Position numbers and translations under genes: made by a program. Below are positions 1-11,600 of a DNA stretch of 64,000 nucleotides, in pieces. This stretch comes from Auanema rhodensis. Taxonomy: Eukaryota > Animalia > Nematoda. Each line of letters begins with the position of its first letter. Position 1 is the stretch's first letter. The DNA is taken from NCBI GenBank assembly GCA_964057225.1, contig CAXKVF010000077.1, forward strand, positions 558,001-622,000, written 5' to 3'. Under the pieces are notes generated by a model. It did no database searches. It saw only the letters and a list, made by a program, of their open reading frames with translations, and was not told the DNA's origin.

Positions 1-65
1 ATACCAAGTGCACATCACGTGTACATTTAATTAGCATAAATTAAAGTTCACGTAAATTTCAAAGT

Positions 66-78
66 CATGGTTACCATG
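66..78. other. Interrupted palindrome CATGGT-T-ACCATG (contains a BstEII site, GGTNACC); representative copy
   Basis: 6-bp perfect arms with a 1-nt spacer, extending to 7-bp arms (pos 65-79) in monomers with A79. Confidence 0.9.
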
Positions 79-157
79 CACCAATATCAATAAAAATTTG
101 TTTTTAGACTAATATGGACATGGGGAATCTAATTTTGAAAACCGCATCTCTTTATCT

Positions 158-167
158 TTCACGTGAA
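158..167. other. Perfect 10-bp palindrome TTCACGTGAA with a CACGTG (E-box/G-box) core; representative copy, present in most monomers
   Basis: Read directly. A second CACGTG lies at pos 16-21 and a near copy TTCACGTAAA at pos 47-56. Protein binding is not demonstrated. Confidence 0.9.
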
Positions 168-528
168 GCGAGTTACATACCAAGTGCACATCACGTGTAC
201 ATTTAATTAGCATAAATTAAAGTTCACGTAAATTTCAAAGTCATGGTTACCATGAACCAATATCAATAAAAATTTGTTTTTAGACTAATATGGACATGGG
301 GAATCTAATTTTGAAAACCGCATCTCTTCATCTTTCACGTGAAGCGAGTTACATACCAAGTGCACATCACGTGTACATTTAATTAGCATAAATTAAAGTT
401 CACGTAAATTTCAAAGTCATGGTTACCATGCACCAATATCAATAAAAATTTGTTTTTAGACTAATATGGACATGGGGAATCTAATTTTGAAAACCGCATC
501 TCTTTTTCTTTCACGTGAAGCGAGTTAC

Positions 529-2640
529 ATACCAAGTGCACATCACGTGTACATTTAATTAGCATAAATTAAAGTTCACGTAAATTTCAAAGTCATGGTT
601 ACCATGCACCAATATCAATAAAAATTTGTTTTTAGACTAACATGGACATGGGGAATCTAATTTTGAAAATCGCATCTCTTTATCTTTCACGTGAAGCGAG
701 TTACATACCAAGTGCACATCACGTGTACAATTAATTAGCATAAATTAAAGTTCACGTAAATTTCAAAGTCATGGTTACCATGAAGCAATATCAATAAAAA
801 TTTGTTTTTAGACTAATATGGACATGGGGAATCTAATTTTGAAAACCACATCTCTTTATCTCTCACGTGAAGCGAGTTACATACCAAGTGCACATCACGT
901 GTACATTTAATTAGCATAAATTAAAGTTCACGTAAATTTCAAAGTCATGGTTACCATGAACCAATATCAATAAAAATTTGTTTTTAGACTAATATGGACA
1001 TGGGGAATCTAATTTTGAAAACCGCATCTCTTTATCTTTCACGTGAAGCGAGTTACATACCAAGTGCACATCACGTGTACATTTAATCAGCATAAATTAA
1101 AGTTCACGTAAATTTCAAAGTCATGGTTACCATGAACTAATATCAATAAAAATTTGTTTTTAGACTAATATGGACATGGGGAATCTAATTTTGAAAACCG
1201 CATCTCTTTATCTTTCACGTGAAGCGAGTTACATACCAAGTGCACATCACGTGTACATTTAATTAGCATAAATTAAAGTTCACGTAAATTTCAAAGTCAT
1301 GGTTACCATGCACCAATATCAATAAAAATTTGTTTTTAGACTAATATGAACATGGGGAATCTAATTTTGAAAACCGCATCTCTTTATCTTTCACGTGAAG
1401 CGAGTTACATACCAAGTGCACATCACGTGTACATTTAATTAGCATAAATTGAAGTTCACGTAAATTTCAAAGTCATGGTTACCATGAACCAATATCAATA
1501 AAAATTTGTTTTTAGACTAATATGGACATGGGGAATCTAATTTTGAAAACCGCATCTCTTTATCTTTCACGTGAAGCGAGTTACATACCAAGTGCACATC
1601 ACGTGTACATTTAATTAGCATAAATTAAAGTTCACGTAAATTTCAAAGTCATGGTTACCATGCACCAATATCAATAAAAATTTGTTTTTAGACTAATATG
1701 GACATGGGGAATCTAATTTTGAAAATCGCATCTCTTTATCTTTCACGTGAAGCGAGTTACATACCAAGTGCACATCACGTGTACAATTAATTAGCATAAA
1801 TTAAAGTTCACGTAAATTTCAAAGTCATGGTTACCATGAAGCAATATCAATAAAAATTTGTTTTTAGACTAATATGGACATGGGGAATCTAATTTTGAAA
1901 ACCACATCTCTTTATCTCTCACGTGAAGCGAGTTACATACCAAGTGCACATCACGTGTACATTTAATTAGCATAAATTAAAGTTCACGTAAATTTCAAAG
2001 TCATGGTTACCATGAACCAATATCAATAAAAATTTGTTTTTAGACTAATATGGACATGGGGAATCTAATTTTGAAAACCGCATCTCTTTATCTTTCACGT
2101 GAAGCGAGTTACATACCAAGTGCACATCACGTGTACATTTAATCAGCATAAATTAAAGTTCACGTAAATTTCAAAGTCATGGTTACCATGAACTAATATC
2201 AATAAAAATTTGTTTTTAGACTAATATGGACATGGGGAATCTAATTTTGAAAACCGCATCTCTTTATCTTTCACGTGAAGCGAGTTACATACCAAGTGCA
2301 CATCACGTGTACATTTAATTAGCATAAATTAAAGTTCACGTAAATTTCAAAGTCATGGTTACCATGCACCAATATCAATAAAAATTTGTTTTTAGACTAA
2401 TATGAACATGGGGAATCTAATTTTGAAAACCGCATCTCTTTATCTTTCACGTGAAGCGAGTTACATACCAAGTGCACATCACGTGTACATTTAATTAGCA
2501 TAAATTGAAGTTCACGTAAATTTCAAAGTCATGGTTACCATGAACCAATATCAATAAAAATTTGTTTTTAGACTAATATGGACATGGGGAATCTAATTTT
2601 GAAAACCGCATCTCTTTATCTTTCACGTGAAGCGAGTTAC
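529..2640. repeat. Tandem duplication of a 6-monomer (1056-bp) unit
   Basis: Rare variants recur at an exact 1056-bp offset: C142T at 670/1726, T158C at 862/1918, T32C at 1088/2144, A43G at 1451/2507. Confidence 0.9.
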
Positions 2641-5600
2641 ATACCAAGTGCACATCACGTGTACATTTAATTAGCATAAATTAAAGTTCACGTAAATTTC
2701 AAAGTCATGGTTACCACGCACCAATATCAATAAAAATTTGTTTTTAGACTAATATGGACATGGGGAATCTAATTTTGAAAACCGCATCTCTTTATCTTTC
2801 ACGTGAAGCGAGTTACATACCAAGTGCACATCACGTGTACATTTAATTAGCATAAATTAAAGTTCACGTAAATTTCAAAGTCATGGTTACCATGAACCAA
2901 TATCAATAAAAATTTGTTTTTAGACTAATATGGACATGGGGAATCTAATTTTGAAAACCGCATCTCTTCATCTTTCACGTGAAGCGAGTTACATACCAAG
3001 TGCACATCACGTGTACATTTAATTAGCATAAATTAAAGTTCACGTAAATTTCAAAGTCATGGTTACCATGCACCAATATCAATAAAAATTTGTTTTTAGA
3101 CTAATATGGACATGGGGAATCTAATTTTGGAAACCGCATCTCTTTTTCTTTCACGTGAAGCGAGTTACATACCAAGTGCACATCACGTGTACATTTAATT
3201 AGCATAAATTAAAGTTCACGTAAATTTCAAAGTCATGGTTACCATGCACCAATATCAATAAAAATTTGTTTTTAGACTAATATGGACATGGGGAATCTAA
3301 TTTTGGAAACCGCATCTCTTTATCTTTCACGTGAAGCGAGTTACATACCAAGTGCACATCACGTGTACAATTAATTAGCATAAATTAAAGTTCACGTAAA
3401 TTTCAAAGTCATGGTTACCATGAAGCAATATCAATAAAAATTTGTTTTTAGACTAATATGGACATGGGGAATCTAATTTTGAAAACCACATCTCTTTATC
3501 TCTCACGTGAAGCGAGTTACACACCAAGGGCACATCACGTGTACATTTAATTAGCATAAATTAAAGTTCACGTAAATTTCAAAGTCATGGTTACCATGAA
3601 CCAATATCAATAAAAATTTGTTTTTAGACTAATATGGACATGGGGAATCTAATTTTGAAAACCGCATCTCTTTTTCTTTCACGTGAAGCGAGTTACATAC
3701 CAAGTGCACATCACGTGTACATTTAATTAGCATAAATTAAAGTTCACGTAAATTTCAAAGTCATGGTTACCACGCACCAATATCAATAAAAATTTGTTTT
3801 TAGACTAATATGGACATGGGGAATCTAATTTTGAAAACCGCATCTCTTTATCTTTCACGTGAAGCGAGTTACATACCAAGTGCACATCACGTGTACAATT
3901 AATTAGCATAAATTAAAGTTCACGTAAATTTCAAAGTCATGGTTACCATGAAGCAATATCAATAAAAATTTGTTTTTAGACTAATATGGACATGGGGAAT
4001 CTAATTTTGAAAACCGCATCTCTTCATCTTTCACGTGAAGCGAGTTACATACCAAGTGCACATCACGTGTACATTTAATTAGCATAAATTAAAGTTCACG
4101 TAAATTTCAAAGTCATGGTTACCATGCACCAATATCAATAAAAATTTGTTTTTAGACTAATATGGACATGGGGAATCTAATTTTGAAAACCGCATCTCTT
4201 TTTCTTTCACGTGAAGCAAGTTACATACCAAGTGCACATCACGTGTACATTTAATTAGCATAAATTAAAGTTCACGTAAATTTCAAAGTCATGGTTACCA
4301 TGCACCAATATCAATAAAAATTTGTTTTTAGACTAATATGGACATGGGGAATCTAATTTTGAAAACCGCATCTCTTTATCTTTCACGTGAAGCGAGTTAC
4401 ATACCAAGTGCACATCACGTGTACAATTAATTAGCATAAATTAAAGTTCACGTAAATTTCAAAGTCATGGTTACCATGAAGCAATATCAATAAAAATTTG
4501 TTTTTAGACTAATATGGACATGGGGAATCTAATTTTGAAAACCACATCTCTTTATCTCTCACGTGAAGCGAGTTACACACCAAGTGCACATCACGTGTAC
4601 ATTTAATTAGCATAAATTAAAGTTCACGTAAATTTCAAAGTCATGGTTACCATGAACCAATATCAATAAAAATTTGTTTTTAGACTAATATGGACATGGG
4701 GAATCTAATTTTGAAAACCGCATCTCTTCATCTTTCACGTGAAGCGAGTTACATACCAAGTGCACATCACGTGTACATTTAATTAGCATAAATTAAAGTT
4801 CACGTAAATTTCAAAGTCATGGTTACCATGCACCAATATCAATAAAAATTTGTTTTTAGACTAATATGGACATGGGGAATCTAATTTTGAAAACCGCATC
4901 TCTTTATCTTTCACGTGAAGCGAGTTACATACCAAGTGCACATCACGTGTACAATTAATTAGCATAAATTAAAGTTCACGTAAATTTCAAAGTCATGGTT
5001 ACCATGAAGCAATATCAATAAAAATTTGTTTTTAGACTAATATGGACATGGGGAATCTAATTTTGAAAACCACATCTCTTTATCTCTCACGTGAAGCGAG
5101 TTACATACCAAGTGCACATCACGTGTACATTTAATTAGCATAAATTAAAGTTCACGTAAATTTCAAAGTCATGGTTACCATGAACCAATATCAATAAAAA
5201 TTTGTTTTTAGACTAATATGGACATGGGGAATCTAATTTTGAAAACCGCATCTCTTTATCTTTCACGTGAAGCGAGTTACATACCAAGTGCACATCACGT
5301 GTACATTTAATTAGCATAAATTAAAGTTCACGTAAATTTCAAAGTCATGGTTACCATGAACTAATATCAATAAAAATTTGTTTTTAGACTAATATGGACA
5401 TGGGGAATCTAATTTTGAAAACCGCATCTCTTTATCTTTCACGTGAAGCGAGTTACATACCAAGTGCACATCACGTGTACATTTAATTAGCATAAATTAA
5501 AGTTCACGTAAATTTCAAAGTCATGGTTACCATGAACCAATATCAATAAAAATTTGTTTTTAGACTAATATGGACATGGGGAATCTAATTTTGAAAACCG

Positions 5601-8600
5601 CATCTCTTTATCTTTCACGTGAAGCGAGTTACATACCAAGTGCACATCACGTGTACATTTAATTAGCATAAATTAAAGTTCACGTAAATTTCAAAGTCAT
5701 GGTTACCATGAACCAATATCAATAAAAATTTGTTTTTAGACTAATATGGACATGGGGAATCTAATTTTGAAAACCGCATCTCTTCATCTTTCACGTGAAG
5801 CGAGTTACATACCAAGTGCACATCACGTGTACATTTAATTAGCATAAATTAAAGTTCACGTAAATTTCAAAGTCATGGTTACCATGCACCAATATCAATA
5901 AAAATTTGTTTTTAGACTAATATGGACATGGGGAATCTAATTTTGAAAACCGCATCTCTTTTTCTTTCACGTGAAGCGAGTTACATACCAAGTGCACATC
6001 ACGTGTACATTTAATTAGCATAAATTAAAGTTCACGTAAATTTCAAAGTCATGGTTACCATGCACCAATATCAATAAAAATTTGTTTTTAGACTAATATG
6101 GACATGGGGAATCTAATTTTGAAAACCGCATCTCTTCATCTTTCACGTGAAGCGAGTTACATACCAAGTGCACATCACGTGTACATTTAATTAGCATAAA
6201 TTAAAGTTCACGTAAATTTCAAAGTCATGGTTACCATGCACCAATATCAATAAAAATTTGTTTTTAGACTAATATGGACATGGGGAATCTAATTTTGAAA
6301 ACCGCATCTCTTTTTCTTTCACGTGAAGCGAGTTACATACCAAGTGCACATCACGTGTACATTTAATTAGCATAAATTAAAGTTCACGTAAATTTCAAAG
6401 TCATGGTTACCATGCACCAATATCAATAAAAATTTGTTTTTAGACTAATATGGACATGGGGAATCTAATTTTGAAAACCGCATCTCTTTATCTTTCACGT
6501 GAAGCGAGTTACATACCAAGTGCACATCACGTGTACAATTAATTAGCATAAATTAAAGTTCACGTAAATTTCAAAGTCATGGTTACCATGAAGCAATATC
6601 AATAAAAATTTGTTTTTAGACTAATATGGACATGGGGAATCTAATTTTGAAAACCACATCTCTTTATCTCTCACGTGAAGCGAGTTACACACCAAGTGCA
6701 CATCACGTGTACATTTAATTAGCATAAATTAAAGTTCACGTAAATTTCAAAGTCATGGTTACCATGAACCAATATCAATAAAAATTTGTTTTTAGACTAA
6801 TATGGACATGGGGAATCTAATTTTGAAAACCGCATCTCTTCATCTTTCACGTGAAGCGAGTTACATACCAAGTGCACATCACGTGTACATTTAATTAGCA
6901 TAAATTAAAGTTCACGTAAATTTCAAAGTCATGGTTACCATGCACCAATATCAATAAAAATTTGTTTTTAGACTAATATGGACATGGGGAATCTAATTTT
7001 GAAAACCGCATCTCTTTATCTTTCACGTGAAGCGAGTTACATACCAAGTGCACATCACGTGTACAATTAATTAGCATAAATTAAAGTTCACGTAAATTTC
7101 AAAGTCATGGTTACCATGAAGCAATATCAATAAAAATTTGTTTTTAGACTAATATGGACATGGGGAATCTAATTTTGAAAACCACATCTCTTTATCTCTC
7201 ACGTGAAGCGAGTTACATACCAAGTGCACATCACGTGTACATTTAATTAGCATAAATTAAAGTTCACGTAAATTTCAAAGTCATGGTTACCATGAACCAA
7301 TATCAATAAAAATTTGTTTTTAGACTAATATGGACATGGGGAATCTAATTTTGAAAACCGCATCTCTTTATCTTTCACGTGAAGCGAGTTACATACCAAG
7401 TGCACATCACGTGTACATTTAATTAGCATAAATTAAAGTTCACGTAAATTTCAAAGTCATGGTTACCATGAACTAATATCAATAAAAATTTGTTTTTAGA
7501 CTAATATGGACATGGGGAATCTAATTTTGAAAACCGCATCTCTTTATCTTTCACGTGAAGCGAGTTACATACCAAGTGCACATCACGTGTACATTTAATT
7601 AGCATAAATTAAAGTTCACGTAAATTTCAAAGTCATGGTTACCATGAAGCAATATCAATAAAAATTTGTTTTTAGACTAATATGGACATGGGGAATCTAA
7701 TTTTGAAAACCACATCTCTTTATCTCTCACGTGAAGCGAGTTACACACCAAGTGCACATCACGTGTACATTTAATTAGCATAAATTAAAGTTCACGTAAA
7801 TTTCAAAGTCATGGTTACCATGAACCAATATCAATAAAAATTTGTTTTTAGACTAATATGGACATGGGGAATCTAATTTTGAAAACCGCATCTCTTCATC
7901 TTTCACGTGAAGCGAGTTACATACCAAGTGCACATCACGTGTACATTTAATTAGCATAAATTAAAGTTCACGTAAATTTCAAAGTCATGGTTACCATGCA
8001 CCAATATCAATAAAAATTTGTTTTTAGACTAATATGGACATGGGGAATCTAATTTTGAAAACCGCATCTCTTTATCTTTCACGTGAAGCGAGTTACATAC
8101 CAAGTGCACATCACGTGTACAATTAATTAGCATAAATTAAAGTTCACGTAAATTTCAAAGTCATGGTTACCATGAAGCAATATCAATAAAAATTTGTTTT
8201 TAGACTAATATGGACATGGGGAATCTAATTTTGAAAACCACATCTCTTTATCTCTCACGTGAAGCGAGTTACATACCAAGTGCACATCACGTGTACATTT
8301 AATTAGCATAAATTAAAGTTCACGTAAATTTCAAAGTCATGGTTACCATGAACCAATATCAATAAAAATTTGTTTTTAGACTAATATGGACATGGGGAAT
8401 CTAATTTTGAAAACCGCATCTCTTTATCTTTCACGTGAAGCGAGTTACATACCAAGTGCACATCACGTGTACATTTAATTAGCATAAATTAAAGTTCACG
8501 TAAATTTCAAAGTCATGGTTACCATGAACTAATATCAATAAAAATTTGTTTTTAGACTAATATGGACATGGGGAATCTAATTTTGAAAACCGCATCTCTT

Positions 8601-11600
8601 TATCTTTCACGTGAAGCGAGTTACATACCAAGTGCACATCACGTGTACATTTGATTAGCATAAATTAAAGTTCACGTAAATTTCAAAGTCATGGTTACCA
8701 TGAACCAATATCAATAAAAATTTGTTTTTAGACTAATATGGACATGGGGAATCTAATTTTGAAAACCGCATCTCTTTATCTTTCACGTGAAGCGAGTTAC
8801 ATACCAAGTGCACATCACGTGTACATTTAATTAGCATAAATTAAAGTTCACGTAAATTTCAAAGTCATGGTTACCATGAACCAATATCAATAAAAATTTG
8901 TTTTTAGACTAATATGGACATGGGGAATCTAATTTTGAAAACCGCATCTCTTCATCTTTCACGTGAAGCGAGTTACATACCAAGTGCACATCACGTGTAC
9001 ATTTAATTAGCATAAATTAAAGTTCACGTAAATTTCAAAGTCATGGTTACCATGCACCAATATCAATAAAAATTTGTTTTTAGACTAATATGGACATGGG
9101 GAATCTAATTTTGAAAACCGCATCTCTTTTTCTTTCACGTGAAGCGAGTTACATACCAAGTGCACATCACGTGTACATTTAATTAGCATAAATTAAAGTT
9201 CACGTAAATTTCAAAGTCATGGTTACCATGCACCAATATCAATAAAAATTTGTTTTTAGACTAATATGGACATGGGGAATCTAATTTTGAAAACCGCATC
9301 TCTTTATCTTTCACGTGAAGCGAGTTACATACCAAGTGCACATCACGTGTACATTTAATTAGCATAAATTAAAGTTCACGTAAATTTCAAAGTCATGGTT
9401 ACCATGAACCAATATCAATAAAAATTTGTTTTTAGACTAATATGGACATGGGGAATCTAATTTTGAAAACCGCATCTCTTCATCTTTCACGTGAAGCGAG
9501 TTACATACCAAGTGCACATCACGTGTACATTTAATTAGCATAAATTAAAGTTCACGTAAATTTCAAAGTCATGGTTACCATGCACCAATATCAATAAAAA
9601 TTTGTTTTTAGACTAATATGGACATGGGGAATCTAATTTTGAAAACCGCATCTCTTTTTCTTTCACGTGAAGCGAGTTACATACCAAGTGCACATCACGT
9701 GTACATTTAATTAGCATAAATTAAAGTTCACGTAAATTTCAAAGTCATGGTTACCATGCACCAATATCAATAAAAATTTGTTTTTAGACTAATATGGACA
9801 TGGGGAATCTAATTTTGAAAACCGCATCTCTTCATCTTTCACGTGAAGCGAGTTACATACCAAGTGCACATCACGTGTACATTTAATTAGCATAAATTAA
9901 AGTTCACGTAAATTTCAAAGTCATGGTTACCATGCACCAATATCAATAAAAATTTGTTTTTAGACTAATATGGACATGGGGAATCTAATTTTGAAAACCG
10001 CATCTCTTTTTCTTTCACGTGAAGCGAGTTACATACCAAGTGCACATCACGTGTACATTTAATTAGCATAAATTAAAGTTCACGTAAATTTCAAAGTCAT
10101 GGTTACCATGCACCAATATCAATAAAAATTTGTTTTTAGACTAATATGGACATGGGGAATCTAATTTTGAAAACCGCATCTCTTTATCTTTCACGTGAAG
10201 CGAGTTACATACCAAGTGCACATCACGTGTACAATTAATTAGCATAAATTAAAGTTCACGTAAATTTCAAAGTCATGGTTACCATGAAGCAATATCAATA
10301 AAAATTTGTTTTTAGACTAATATGGACATGGGGAATCTAATTTTGAAAACCACATCTCTTTATCTCTCACGTGAAGCGAGTTACACACCAAGTGCACATC
10401 ACGTGTACATTTAATTAGCATAAATTAAAGTTCACGTAAATTTCAAAGTCATGGTTACCATGAACCAATATCAATAAAAATTTGTTTTTAGACTAATATG
10501 GACATGGGGAATCTAATTTTGAAAACCGCATCTCTTCATCTTTCACGTGAAGCGAGTTACATACCAAGTGCACATCACGTGTACATTTAATTAGCATAAA
10601 TTAAAGTTCACGTAAATTTCAAAGTCATGGTTACCATGCACCAATATCAATAAAAATTTGTTTTTAGACTAATATGGACATGGGGAATCTAATTTTGAAA
10701 ACCGCATCTCTTTATCTTTCACGTGAAGCGAGTTACATACCAAGTGCACATCACGTGTACAATTAATTAGCATAAATTAAAGTTCACGTAAATTTCAAAG
10801 TCATGGTTACCATGAAGCAATATCAATAAAAATTTGTTTTTAGACTAATATGGACATGGGGAATCTAATTTTGAAAACCACATCTCTTTATCTCTCACGT
10901 GAAGCGAGTTACATACCAAGTGCACATCACGTGTACATTTAATTAGCATAAATTAAAGTTCACGTAAATTTCAAAGTCATGGTTACCATGAACCAATATC
11001 AATAAAAATTTGTTTTTAGACTAATATGGACATGGGGAATCTAATTTTGAAAACCGCATCTCTTTATCTTTCACGTGAAGCGAGTTACATACCAAGTGCA
11101 CATCACGTGTACATTTAATTAGCATAAATTAAAGTTCACGTAAATTTCAAAGTCATGGTTACCATGAACTAATATCAATAAAAATTTGTTTTTAGACTAA
11201 TATGGACATGGGGAATCTAATTTTGAAAACCGCATCTCTTTATCTTTCACGTGAAGCGAGTTACATACCAAGTGCACATCACGTGTACATTTAATTAGCA
11301 TAAATTAAAGTTCACGTAAATTTCAAAGTCATGGTTACCATGAACCAATATCAATAAAAATTTGTTTTTAGACTAATATGGACATGGGGAATCTAATTTT
11401 GAAAACCGCATCTCTTTATCTTTCACGTGAAGCGAGTTACATACCAAGTGCACATCACGTGTACATTTAATTAGCATAAATTAAAGTTCACGTAAATTTC
11501 AAAGTCATGGTTACCATGAACCAATATCAATAAAAATTTGTTTTTAGACTAATATGGACATGGGGAATCTAATTTTGAAAACCGCATCTCTTCATCTTTC

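Noticed and set aside
79-82. Order of the four pos 79-82 alleles as an information-bearing code
   Set aside because: The order is adequately explained by nested tandem duplications of neighbouring monomers, and nothing in the sequence suggests a reading mechanism.
67-93. Protein-coding repeat or small ORFs (e.g. + strand MVTMHQYQ*, - strand MRFSKLDSPCPY*)
   Set aside because: Stop codons are frequent on both strands, 176 is not a multiple of 3, and the ATG-initiated ORFs I traced are only about 5-12 codons with no supporting signals.
89-94. AATAAA polyadenylation signal in each monomer
   Set aside because: Expected by chance in 68% AT sequence, there is no associated transcription unit, and it is disrupted by tolerated variants (A90G, A92G).
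14-120. Resemblance to a budding-yeast point centromere: ATCACGTG matches CDEI (RTCACRTG), followed 77 bp later by TGTTTTTA, similar to the start of CDEIII
   Set aside because: The spacer is only about 75% AT (CDEII is over 90%), the essential CCG core of CDEIII is absent at the expected position, and point centromeres are single copy rather than tandem.
1-176. CENP-B box, telomeric repeat, or 5S rRNA/tRNA/snRNA tandem gene unit
   Set aside because: There is no TTCG-N4-A-N2-CGGG motif, no TTAGG/TTAGGG-type runs, and no recognisable Pol III A/B/C boxes or cloverleaf structure.
157-254. Monomer derived from an ancient ~33-bp subrepeat, suggested by the TCACGT spacing
   Set aside because: Beyond TCACGT the three segments align poorly by eye and the remaining ~80 bp shows no such unit, so this is not supportable without a statistical self-alignment.
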